Assembly: GCF_030028105.1 (NCBI RefSeq)
Contig: NC_092379.1
Span: 25,289,821-25,353,820 of the forward strand
Reading direction: 5' to 3'
Source: Mobula birostris
Lineage: Eukaryota
DNA: 64,000 nt
Part shown: piece after piece, positions 1 to 11,790 of the stretch
Position numbering within the stretch: the stretch's first letter is position 1
Layout: each line of letters begins with the position of its first letter
The notes under the pieces: model-generated
What the model saw: only the letters and a program-made list of their open reading frames with translations
The model's database searches: none
Told to the model about the DNA's origin: nothing
Translations under genes and position numbers: made by a program

Positions 1-59
1 TGCTGTCATTTCTGAGACGTTCTATATGTACGGCAAAACAATTTCTTTGTTCGTGGTTC

Positions 60-545
60 GTCTAATGTTTATATTTCCTTTTTTTTTCACCTTGAGGCAC
101 ATTAGGTTGAAGCCTCTTGGATTTCAATTCTGGTTGAAAAAGTCTTGAAACGGTACATTTCTTCTTCCAATTTTGTGTTTGCTATTTTGCAATGCGTATT
201 ACTCCGCTTGTATAAGAGGTTGTGCATTTCACCGTTCCGCCAGATTTTAAATCACCCTCTGATATGCTGATTCATCGAAACCTGCTGATCAGGCCTACGG
301 CAATGGTGTCATCAGTTTGAAAGTGATAGGGAAATTGGATAGGGTCTTTCATGATCTCCAGACCAAACCCCTTAAGTTCCACCCGAAAGAATTCTAGAAG
401 CAAAATATTTATTGTCAACTGTTATTATTGCAAGTTGGTGATAGATATGTTCTATGATAATAATTTTGCGACGAACTTTCGGCTTTCGTAATAAAGTCAG
501 TAATTCCAAAACAACCCGACCGAAATACATATAACTGTCACACGA
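60..545 (-). mobile_element. Heavily degenerate L1-like ORF1 remnant
   Basis: The minus-strand translation near 380-500 (VRRKIIIIE...FASRIL) loosely resembles the RRxNxRIxG...F..xL motif of fish L1 ORF1. The similarity is weak. Confidence 0.3.
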
Positions 546-558
546 AAAGCGTGGTGAC

Positions 559-3500
559 GACTGGAGAGTCAGTGACAGCCCGGAGAGACGGCAACCAGGG
601 CCGAACGGGCTGGCAACCCAATCTGCGTCCTCTGAGAGGAGGACCCCCAAAAAAGCCACAAAGAATCTAAGGAAAATATATCCCCAGTGGTGCCCGAGAT
701 TGGGGGGAGGATGAGCACCCCAGTCGAATGGACACAACTACATAAATCCCAGGAATGAACAAACAACGATGAGGAAGCAGTGTGCATGTGGCAAAATCTG
801 CAAGAACGATCGCGGCTTGAAGATCCACTAAGCGAGGATGAAGTGTTTGGCGGGAGCAGGAGCAGCACCACGCGCAGGTGTCCAAACTGGTGAGATGAAG
901 GAGGAGCCAGGCCCGGAACCACCCCATAGTGCCCGGAACCTCCAAGCATTGCAAACTAATCCCTCGAACATGAAGTCTCACAGGAGGCGGATCAAATGGC
1001 CTGCAGCTAACATGACTTCACTATGGAAGCAGTTTGATGACGATGTTAACCAAATTCTGGAGACAACGGGGAAGGGAGGGGTTGATAGGAAGCCGCAAGC
1101 CATGACAACAATTATTGTTAGTATCGCAGCTGAACGGTTCGGAGAAAAGGAGAAGGAAGGCTCCAAAACATCTTACTCGAAGAACCAAAGACCATTGAGG
1201 ATCCACAACATCAGGCAGCAGATGAAACCACTGAAGTCCCAATACAAGGAAGAAGGAGAAGAGGAGCGCATTGGCTTGGCCCAGTTGATGTGCGGACTAC
1301 GAAAGAAGATCAGGGTTATCCGCCGGGCAGAGTGGCATTGGAGGCGGCGTCGTGAAATTTCTCGAAAACGTGCTGCCTTTATCGCCAACCCCTTCAAGTT
1401 CACCAAGGAGTTGCTGGGGGAGAAATGCAGTGGAAAACTGGCCTGTCGCAGGAAGACATAGACCAACTTCTGAAGATATATAATGATTCTGAAAGAGAGC
1501 AGGAGTTGGGAGAGTGCAACATCCTTTCTTTCTTTTTCAATCTGTTTTATTAATTTCAAAATATAGAAACAAAGCATAGCAATAATACAAATAGTAGGAG
1601 ATATATTGTTACACTTAAGAAAAGTAATTGTAAAATCAAATAGTGTAAATTAACAAAGCTCCCAATCATGTAGAACTAACAACGGATAATACAAAACAAA
1701 ACAAAAAACAAAAAAAAAAAAAAACTGGAAAAAAATCATGAAGAAGAAAAAAAAATAAACAAAAAAAAAAGCAAACCCCATCCCCAAAGAAAAACAAAAT
1801 TAATCAACTAAACTAAAAGACTTGGGCAAAACTAACAACTTAAAAATGGAAAAGAAAGCCATAATGTTGACGACTCCATTCCACTCCAACAACAGTACGG
1901 AGAGATAAAACAAGTTTGGAAATGATCAAATTACATCAAATGAAAGTGCTGAACGAATGGCCTCCAAGTTTTTTCAAACTTAATGGAAGGGTCATAAACT
2001 GCACTTCTAATTTTCTCCAAATTCAAACACACCATAGTTTGTGAAAACCAATGAAATACATTAGGAGGGTTAATCTCTTTCCAATTCAACAAAATAGGCC
2101 TTCTAGCCATTAAGGTAAGAAATGCAATCATCCTTCTTGATGAAGAGGTTAAATTATGTAAGTCTATCATTGGTAGTCCAAAGATAGCAGTAATTGGATG
2201 AGGTTGTAAGTCTATATTTAGGACCGTTGAAATAGTATCAAAAATATCTTTCCAATATTTCTCCAACAAGGGACATAACCAAAACACGTGCGTTAAAGAT
2301 TGCGACATCCTAATCGACGCACCTGAACCGGATGTGCAGTTCAACATGTCAGAGCTGCAACTAAAGGAAGTCAGAGAGGTCGTCCGCAAAGCAAGGGCAA
2401 GCTCAGCTCCTGGACCAAGCAACACCTCGTACAAAGTGTACAAGAACTGCCCCAAACTGCTGCTGCGTCTGTGGAAGATCCTGAGAATCTTCTGGAGAAG
2501 GTGGAAGATCTTAGAACAGTGGAGAGTGGCTGAAGGGTTGTGGATCCCAAAGAAGCAAAATGCCACCCATATAGATCAGTTTCGCATCATCTCCCTGCTG
2601 TGTGTCGAAGCAAAGATCTTCTTCAGTGCAGTTTCCAACCGGTGTGAACCTACCTAGCAAATACCACCTATATTGATACATCAGTCCAGATGAGTGGCAT
2701 TTCATGGATGCAGGGCTGTCTGGGCACATCGGTGTGGTGACACAGCTCATCAGGGAGGCCAGAGAGAACAAGGGCAACCTGTCAGTGCTGTGGCTCGACC
2801 TGGCAAACGCATATGGCTCCATTCCGCACAAGATGGTGCAGCTCACACTGACCAAATATCACTTCCCCATTAGAATCAGAGACCTTATCGCTGATTATTA
2901 CAGCAACTTCCGGATGAGGGTCTCTTCAGGAGCAATTACATCAAGCTGGCACAAGGTGGAGGTCGGCATCGTCACAGGGTGCACTATCTCAGTGACACTG
3001 TTCTCCCTAGCCATGAACATGATCACTAAGTATGCTGAACCAGAGTCCAGAGGGTCTAGAATGAATTCTGCTCAACGGCAACTACCTATCAGGGCATTCA
3101 TGGATAACCTCACAGTCAGCACAGAATCAGTCCAAGGCTGCCGGAGGATTCTGCAAGGGCTCGAAAAGCTGGAGGAGTGTGCCCGAATGCGTTTCAAAAC
3201 TGCCAAATCAAGATCGATGGTGCTGAAGAAAGGGAAGGTGGAGAACAAATTCCGGTTCAGCACCGCAGGCATAGCCATCCCAACCATCACAGAAAAGCCA
3301 GTCAAGAGCTTAGGCAAAGTTTTTGACAGCTCTTTAAAGGACACAACATCCATTCAGGCAACCTGCACCGAGTTAGATGGTTGACTGAAATCTGTGGACA
3401 AGTCTGGCCTACCTGGGAAGTTTAAAGCCTGGGTGTATCAGTATGACATTCTTCCCAGAATTCTGTGGCTCCTCCTCGCCTATGCAGTTCCGATCTCTAC

Positions 3501-4898
3501 AGTCGAAATCTTAGAGAGGAGGGTTAGCAACCACGTCAGGAGGTGGTTGGGGCTGGCAAAGAGACTGAGCAGCATCGCACTCTATGGTCACCACAACAAA
3601 CTGCAAGCGCCCTTCAAATCCTTGGAGGAAGAATTCAAGGTAACGAGAGCCAGAGAAGTGCTACAGTATAGGGACTCAAGTGACCCGAAGGTGGCTAGAG
3701 CAGGGATCCAAGTAATTACTGGCAGGAAGTGGAGGGCAGAGGAAGCTGTTCAGGAGGCAGAGACGAGGCTGCGTCACAGGAGGCTGGTCGGAGTGGTCAC
3801 ACAAGGCCGAGCTGGGCTAGGATCCTTTGCAACTCCACAAATAGACACCACAGGGAAGGAAAAGCGTCGTCTAGTTCAGGAGGAGGTGAGAGCAGTAGTG
3901 GAGGAGATGAGAGCCTGCAAGGCGGTGGGAATGAAGCAACAGGGAGCTTGGACAAGATGGGAGAATGCAGTTGAGAGGAAAGTGAACTGGGCTGATCTTT
4001 AGAAAGCCGAACCACACGGCATCCAATTTCTCATCCAGGTAGTGTACGATGTGCTTCCAAGCCCATCAAACCTGCACACAATGGCAAGGCAGAGTCATCT
4101 GCGTGCCCACTGTGCTCCAAGCGAGGAACCCTGGAGCATATCCTCAGAGGCTGTGCAAGGGCACTTGGTGAGGGACGGTACAAGTGGAGGCATGATCCGG
4201 TCCTGAAGACCGTCGCCTGAAGCCGTCAGCACAGGAGTTGAGTGGGCGAAGCGGTCCCGACCCTCTAAGCAGACCATTGGTTTTGTCAGAGCTGGGGAGC
4301 AGCCAATACCTGACAAAAGAACATCTGCAGGCATTCTGACCTCTGCAAGGGACTGGCAGCTGTTGGTGGACCTCGAAGGGCAGCTGAAGTTCCGCAACCA
4401 TATCGTAGCCACCACCCTGCGACCAGACATTGTCCTAGTGTCTGAGTCTACGAAGCAAGTGGTGTTGCTGGAGCTGACAGTCCCATGGGAAGATAGTTTG
4501 GAGGAGGCCTTTGACAGGAAGCTCTCCAAGTACGCAGGACTGGTCAACAACTGACAGCAGGCTGGATGGAGAGCGAGGTGTCTCCCAGTGGAGGTCGGTT
4601 GTAGGGGATTCATAGCCCGTTCTTCAGTTAGAACCTTCAACATTTTGGGCATCAAGGGAGAGAGGAAGAGGAGAGCCATCCGCAGTACCACCGATGCGGC
4701 AGAGAGGGCCTCAAGATGGCTGTGGCTCAAAAGAGGGGAGCCATGGAGTCATAAGTAGCTAGCCATCTGGACACAAGCTGAGGTCTGATCAGCCCCAGCT
4801 GGGTCACCTGGAGGAGGTTGTATGATGTTGAAAGACCCGAAACACCCGATGATTCCAGGAACATCACTGAAGATGTGTCCGGAAGCATCAAAAGATGT
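559..4898 (+). mobile_element. HERO-like non-LTR retrotransposon (R2/NeSL group, RT plus restriction-like endonuclease), near full length, pseudogenised
   Basis: N-terminal Cys/His finger CACGKICKNDRGLKIH*ARMKC at 781-846. RT motifs LDLANAYGSIPH, GCTISVTLF and AFMDNL (3100-3108; second catalytic Asp is now Asn). C-terminal CCHC knuckle CPLCSKRGTLEHILRGC, then RHD (WRHDPVL), RPDIV, LELTVPWE and KLSKY. Several stops and frameshifts. The 5' boundary is uncertain. Confidence 0.85.
1526..2296 (-). mobile_element. 5'-truncated L1-clade LINE (ORF2 C-terminus, 3'UTR, A-rich tail) inserted antisense into the HERO-like element
   Basis: The minus ORF ends ...HVFWLCPLLEKYWKDIF...LNLEKIR...FEKTWRPF, typical of the fish L1 ORF2 C-terminus. 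AATAAA and an A-rich tail lie at ~1526-1550 on the minus strand. Flanked by a 15-bp TSD, agagtgcaacatcct (1511-1525) and agattgcgacatcct (2297-2311), with 2 mismatches. Removing the insert restores the host frame ELGECNILIDAPEP. Confidence 0.88.
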
Positions 4899-5806
4899 CT
4901 GTATACCACATAGTTATTTTGCCATCCAAGAAGATTTTGCTTCCGTCCCACACTCACGTGTATCCTGAGCTGTTAATAAATATAAATTGCACCCATCACT
5001 TTCCAGTTTTCTGCAAAATCTGATGCAGTTTTTGTATACTTTAATCACCATATTTATTATATTAACAATGAACAATGAACAATTAACAATGAATATATAT
5101 TAACAATGAACAAAGAGCAAATACACATATCAAAATAAAGCCAGCATTTATATGTCGTCTCTCAGAGCCAGCTATCGTATAGTCCAGCTTTAAAACAGTC
5201 CCTAAATCACAAGATCGGAAGAAAATAGGCACAACTAAGCGAATTATTCCTGAACTCAATACAGTACAAGTTTAATTGCGATTCAGCCTTGCATAAATTC
5301 CCAGAACTATAGTCAAGCGAGAAGATACAGTGCTCCTACGTGGCCACGGTGCAATGTACAGCACCAAGCGTTACACAGCACCCAGTAGACATGCAAGATA
5401 AAAAAAGAATATTCCAATATTAATAAGATACAACCACGAAAATAAAATGTTCAGTACTGAGCCAAGAGTGCCGCACAATTTGGACGTCAACTATGCCAAC
5501 AGAGCTTACCTTCTGACGGGCAAACTATGCTGGACGGCACCGTCTGCAGCTTGGATGCCGCGTCAGAACACACCCAGTGAAGTTGCCAGTTCTAAAGCCT
5601 CTCCGCTGGCAGCTGTAAACCGACTACATCGCAGACTGAAGTACGGTAAATAAAAAAAAAACAAAACAACAACGACAACACACACATATATAAGTTAGAA
5701 GAAATGTGCAATTATGCAGGGAGCAGAACGATGATCAGATCCTTCATTTTCTTTACCAACGGGCAACTCGATGATGGGGAAGAACAACAGAATATTAAGC
5801 TGTTAG

Positions 5807-7169
5807 TGTCATAACTTAGGGTGGCTGAGAATGGATCCAAGTGCAAGACACAGACAGTGAAGTACTAGACACAGGACTAGGATACAGGGCGATGGCAAGG
5901 ACATAGACAGGAAACCAGGAACCTGGAACAGGACTGAACAAGAGAGCTGGGAGCCCGGACTTGTACTCCGAGGCAGAGACTGGACAAGGACCCAGTACGT
6001 GGGTCTTGCCTCTGGCTCAAACCCCAGAACTAGACAAGGACAAGGGTTGGCAGGCAGGCAGGACGAGGCAGAAATCTACAGGCTTGAAGCTTGAGGCTAG
6101 AGGCCAGAGACCTGGCTTGGCTAGGCAAGAGGCTACAGGCTAGAGACTTGGCTTGTCAAGAGGCTAGAGGCCAGAGGCTGAAGTTTTCAGTCCTGTGCTA
6201 GGCAGGAGGCTGGAGTCCTCAGGCTCGGGTCTACGCAGGAGGTTGGAGTCTTCAGTCTAGAGGCTAGGTAAGAGACGAGGCGAGGCTGGAGGCTGGAGGC
6301 TTGAGACTTGAGGCGAGACGAGGCTGGAGGCTGGAGGCTGGAGAATGGAGACTGGAGACTGGAGGCTGGAGACGAGGCGAGATGAGGCTGGAGGCTGGAG
6401 ACAGGAGACTTGAGGCGAAGCGAGGTTGGGGGACTTGAGACTTGAGGCGAGGCGAGGCTGGAGGCTGGAGACTTGAGGCGAGACAAGGCTGAAGGCTGGA
6501 GAATTGAGGCGAGGAGAGGCTGAAGGCTGGAGAATTGAGGCGAGGCGAGGCGAGGCTGGAGTCTGGAGGCTGGAGACTTGAGACTTGAGGTGAAGCTTTG
6601 CAGGAGGCAGGAGACTTGAAACTTGAGGCGAGGATTGGCTTCTCCTGCGCAGGTCGCTGATCACCTGGGCGGGGCGCGGATCACCTGGGCAGGGCGCGGT
6701 ACGCCTGGGAAGGGCGCGGATCACCACCCGACAGAGACAAGGGACAGGAATGGAAAGAACCAACCTCAGGTAACGGCAAGACGGCTTGGCTTACCTAGGC
6801 GGAGGCAAAGGGCAGGAAGGGAGCTAGGTACAGGGTGCATCCAGGACCAGACAGCAAGACAAGGCAAGGCTACAGGCAAAGCAAGGCGAGACAGAACTTT
6901 AGGCGAGGTGAGAGTTACCGGCAAGACAAGGCAGAGCTTCAGGTGAGGAAACAGAACGCAGAGGAAGGGATCCAAGGAGTAAGGACAAAAACTATCCAGC
7001 AACCACGCCCTGGTCTCTGGAGGTATTTATCCAGCCAGCCCCAACTAGCATCATCTGACTCAGTTAGAGCTCAACCAGACAGAAACAGGGTAAATAGGAA
7101 AACCTGGAGCAAGGGTCGATGGACCGGACCGTGAACCGGAATATGGACTTGACGGATCGGACTATGACA
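5807..7169 (-). mobile_element. Solo LTR (Gypsy/BEL-type) with internal minisatellite
   Basis: Termini TGTCATA...TATGACA. Flanks gttag/tttag give an imperfect 5-bp TSD. Reverse-complement homolog of 17346-18610. No internal gag/pol. Confidence 0.8.
6190..6630 (+). repeat. G-rich degenerate minisatellite inside the solo LTR
   Basis: Repeated units gaggctggaggctg, gagacttgaggcgag and gaggcgaggc, with strong G skew on the + strand. Confidence 0.85.
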
Positions 7170-7754
7170 TTTAGAGTCCAGCAGAGTCCACCACTTCATG
7201 AAAATACGTATAAAAGACAAATAATGTATAAATGTTCCCTTTGGAAAACATTTGCTTAAAGAGTAGAGTTGTCCCCACCATCCTAAAGACGGAAGCCTGA
7301 ATTTTGGTTGAGAAAATGGGAAAAGAAATAATCATAAAAGGATTTGCAATAGAGCTATCGAAATGGAAGACCAAAATGCAATCGATGGATTTAATATAGA
7401 AATATGAAAGTAAAGGGGTATCGATAAGAAAAGCAAATATATCAGAATGCGATGATTCGAAAACGTCTACAGAAAGTATTTTAACCACAGACAATCTGCA
7501 AAATAGTCCTCAGTATTAGAAATAAAACAATGTCAACAAACACGTTCGATATCTCAATATTAACCTTTCACGTAGGATGATATTTTGACGTGATACCAAT
7601 CTGGCAAATTCTAGTCAACACTGTGTACATGAACGCAATTACATTTACAGTGCCCAGAGCAGAAGGGGACGAAGATGAAGCGACTAAAAAAAAAATAAAC
7701 AAAAGTTAGATAAATCTTCTACTCATATATTTCCATCAACAAAGACTTGATACA

Positions 7755-9564
7755 GCGTCGCACATCGAAGTTACTGGTGAACGCAGCAGTTCAGGCAGCA
7801 TCTCTAGGAAGAGGTAGTGTCGACCTTTCAGGCCGAGACCCCTCGTCAGGACTAACTGAAGGAACAGCTAGTAAGAGATTTGAAAGTAGGAGGCGGAGGG
7901 GGAGACCCAAAGTGATCGGAGAAGACAGGAGGGGGAGGCATGGAGTCAAGAGCTGGACAGCTGATTGACAAAAAGGGATATGAGAGGATCATGGGACAGG
8001 AGTCCCATGGGAGAAGGAAAAAGTTGGGGGGGGTAACCCAGAAGATCGGCAAGGGGTATAGTCAGAGGGACAGAGGGAGAAAAAGGAGAGTGAGAGAAAG
8101 AATGTGTGTATATAAATAACGGAAGGGTACAAGGGGGAGGTGAGGCATTAGCGGAAGTTAGAGAATTCAACGTTCATGCCATCAGGTTGGAGGCTACCCA
8201 GACGGAATATAAGGTGTTGCTCCTCCAATCTGAGTGTGGCTTCATGTTTACAGTAGAGGAGGCCGTGGATAGACACGTCAGAATAGGAATGAGGTGTGGA
8301 ATTAAAATGTGTGGCCACTGGGAGATCCTGCTTTCTCTGGCAGACACAGCGTTGGTGTTCAGCAAAACGATCTCCCAGTCTGCGTCGGGTCTCGCCAATA
8401 TATAGAAGGCCACATCGGGATCACCGGACGCAGTATATCACCCCAGCCGACTCACAGCTGAAGTGTCGCCTCACCTGGAAGGACTGTCTGGGGCCCTGAA
8501 TGGTGGTAAGGGAGGAAGTGTAAGGGCATGTGTAGCACTTGTTCTGCTTACAAGGATAAGTGTCAGGAGGGACGTCAGTAGGGACGGATAAGTGGGGGGG
8601 GGGGCGACAAATGGACAAGGGAGTCGCATAGGCAGCAAAACAGAAAGAGAGTGGAAAGAAAGATATGCTTAGTGGTGGGATCCCGTTGGAGGCGGCGGAA
8701 CTTACGGAAAATAATATGTTGGACCCGGAGGCTCGTGGGGTGGTAGGTGAGGACCAGGGGGACCCTATTCCTAGTGGTGTAGCGGGAGGATGGAGTGAGA
8801 GCAGATGTGCGTGAAATGGGGGAGATGCATTTGAGAGCAGAGTTGATGATGGAAGAAGGGAAGCCACTTTTTTTTAAAAAAGGAGGACATCTTCCTCGTC
8901 CTGGAATGAAAAGCTTTATCCTGAGAGCAGATGCGACGGAGACAGAGGAATTGTGAGAAGGGGATGGCATTTTTGCAAGAGACAGGTTGAGAAGAGGGAT
9001 AGTCCAGATAGCTGTGAGAGTTAGTAGGCACATAGTAGACATCAGTAGATAAGCTGCCCCCAGAGATAGAGACAGAAAGATCTAGAAAGAGGAGGGAGTT
9101 GTCGGAAATGGACCAGGTAAACTTGAGGGCAGGTTGAAAGTTGGAAGCAAAGTTAATAAAGTCAACGAGCTCAGCATGCGTGTAGGAAGCAGCGCCAATG
9201 CAGTCGTCGATGTAGCGAAGGAAAAGTGGGGGACAGATACTAGAATAGGTTCGGAACATAGATTGTTCCACAAAGCTAACAAAACGGCAGGCATAGCTCG
9301 GACCCATGCGGGTGCCCATAGCTACACCTTTAGTTTGGATGAAGTAGGAGGAGCCAAAGGAGAAATTATTAAGAGTAAGGACTAATTCCACTCGACGGAG
9401 CAGAGTGGTGGTAGAGGGGAACTGATTAGGTCTGGAATCCAAGAAGAAGTGGAGAGCTTTGAGACGTCCCCTGGCTTCCACTGCTTTATTTTCACCATGG
9501 ATGTTCAGTCCCTATATACTTCCATCCCCCATCAGGAAGATCTCAAAGCTCTCTGCTTCTTCTT
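7755..9564 (-). mobile_element. Penelope-like element (RT plus GIY-YIG endonuclease), 5'-truncated with a 5' inversion
   Basis: Minus-strand RT: LVLTLNNFSF...QTKGVAMGTRMGPSYA...FLRYIDDCIG. GIY-YIG region: SFQVRRHFSCESAGVIYCVR followed by LLYIGET. The + strand segment 9474-9564 encodes FTMDVQSLYTSIPHQEDLKAL, an inverted upstream RT piece. Confidence 0.9.
7819..7852 (-). ncRNA. Degenerate minimal type-I hammerhead ribozyme motif in the Penelope 3' repeat
   Basis: The minus strand reads gtc CTGACGA g ggg-tctcgg-cct GAAA gg TC gac: stem I gtc/gac, CUGANGA core, an extra purine, stem II, GAAA and NUH. The usual GAAACGUC is GAAAGGUC here. Confidence 0.55.
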
Positions 9565-9569
9565 GTGGA

Positions 9570-11790
9570 ACGTATTGTAGTTGTCATTTATCCTGTCCGC
9601 CAAGGTCTTCTCATGGCCCGTTCTGACTCTCCTAATTTCATTATTAAGCTCCTTTCTGCTAGCCATATAATCTTTTGGATCTCTATCATTTAAGTTGTTT
9701 TTTTTAATATATTTTTTTCTAAGCTTTTTGTCTGTTCATTACAACATCCTTTGTATATAACGGTTCCTGTACCTACCATTCTTTCCCTGTCTCATTTGAA
9801 CCTACCTATGCAGAACTCCATGCATATACCCCTGAAAATTTGCCACATTTCTTCCCTACGTTTCCCTGAGAATATCTGTTTGCAATTTATTCTTCCAAGT
9901 TACTACCTGATGGCCTCTTATTTCCCCATATTCTCTTTACACGTTTCCCTCACTCGTTTATTCGTATTCCTCTAAAAATGGCATGGTAAAGGGGATAGAT
10001 TTGAGAGCACTATCTCCAAACTGCTCTCCCACTGAGAGACCTGACACCTGACCAGGTTCATTTCCCAATATCATATCTAGTCACGCCTCTCCTCTTGTAT
10101 CTTTATCTGCATGTTGCGTCAACAAACCTTCCTGAACACACCTGACACACTCCAAGCCATCTAAACCCCTTACACTCGGGAGATGCAAATCAATATTTGT
10201 GAAATTTAAATTTCCCACCACAATAGCCCTGTTATTATTTCACCTTTCTGCATCTGACACCCTATCTGTTCCTTGATGTCCCTTTCACTATTGGATGGTC
10301 TATAAATCCACCCTGTTTAGTTATTAACCCTTTCCTATTCCTAACTTCCACCCACAGAGATACTGTAGGCAACCCCTCCATGATTTCCTTCTTTTCTGTA
10401 GCCGTGACAGTATCCTTGAACAACAGTGCTATTCCGCATCAACATTGCCTCCCTCCCTGTCCTTTCTGAAAAATCTAAAGCCCCGCTTTTGAAGTTACCT
10501 TTCCTAGCCCTGCACCATCCAAGCCTTTGTAATGGCCACATAATCATATCTCTACGTTCTTACCCAGGCTCGAAGCTCATAATCTTTGTTCATAATACTC
10601 CTTGTATTAAAATAGTCACATCTCAAACCTTCAATCTCCTGCCTATCCTCTCTTTCACATTGTCTCCAGGCTTTCTCTATTCGTGAGCCATCTTCCCATT
10701 TCTCCGTTACTTCAGTTCGGTTCCGTCCTCCTAGTATTTCTGGTTTAAACAGTCACCAATAGCCTTACCAAACCTCCCCACTAGGATATTAGTATCCCTG
10801 GGATTTTAGTGCATCCGCCCTTTTTGTACAGGTCACACCTGCCCCAAAAGAGGTCCAAATGATCCAGAAATTTCAATCACTGCCGCACCCTCCGATCCCT
10901 CAACCACGGATTTATCCTCCGCCTCACTTCATTCCTATACTAACTGTCACGTGGCACTCGCAGTAATCCCGAGATTACTACCTTTGCGGTCCTGCTTCTC
11001 AATTTCCTTCTTAACTCCCTGTAGTTTGTTTTCAAGACCTCCTCCGTTTTCCTACCTATGTCGTTGGTACCAATATGTACCACGACCTTTGGCTGTTCTC
11101 CTTTCAACTTCAAGATATCGTGTAAATGATCAGAAACACCGCGGAGCCTGGCGTCTGGTTGAGAAACGACCGTCCGCGTTCCTTTCCTGCGTCCACAGAA
11201 TCGCCTGCCTGACCTCCTAACTATAGAGTCCTCTGTCTCTGCTGCGATTCTCTCTCTTCCCCTACCCTTCTGAGCCACAGAGCCAGACACTGTGCCAAAG
11301 GCGCGAACATTTGTTGCTTGTCCCAGCTAGGCTATCTCTCACAATAGTACTCAAATAAGAGTACTCACTGTTAAGGAGCACAGCCACAGGTGTACTCTCT
11401 AGCATCTGCCTCTTCTCATTCCCTCTCCTGACTGCTACCCACTTATCTGTCTCTCCAGGCCCTGGAGTGACTACTTTCCTATAGCTACTCTCTATCAGCT
11501 CCTCACTCTTCCTGACCAGACGAAGCTCATCGAGATGCATCTCCAGTTCCCTAACGTGGTCCCGAAGGAGCCGCAGCTCGACGCAACTGCTGCAAATGTG
11601 ACCCCCGGGAAGGGTGGGAGTCTCCAGGACACCCCACATTTGACACCGAGCACAGAAAACCCGCCTCACACACATACTTTCTGTCTGAATTCTGCACGGG
11701 TAACCTACATCACCTTGACCCGTTATCGCCGAAGCCCCGTTGAGCTAAACCCTTTCTCTTCTGTCTTCCTCTGCTCCAACACCTGCTTCT
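9570..11790 (-). mobile_element. CR1 LINE fragment retaining ORF1 (zinc finger plus SGNH esterase) and the start of ORF2; 3'-truncated
   Basis: Minus ORFs VFCARCQMW...HICSSCVELRLL and VVVHIGTNDIGRK...VVISGLLRVP (CR1 ORF1 esterase), followed by endonuclease remnants such as LGNEPGQV near 10030-10060. Confidence 0.75.

Noticed and set aside
573-650. HDV-like ribozyme at the HERO 5' end
   Set aside because: P3 does not abut P1 and no P2/J4-2 geometry was found. Kept only as plain hairpins.
4775-4898. Hammerhead-like words in the HERO 3'UTR (ctgatca, ctgaaga, cgaaac)
   Set aside because: They cannot be arranged with stems I-III and an NUH site into a valid hammerhead.
5961-7134. Ser/Pro/Leu/Gln-rich ORFs in the ORF track (also 17350-18871)
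   Set aside because: They are translations of LTR minisatellites, not genes.
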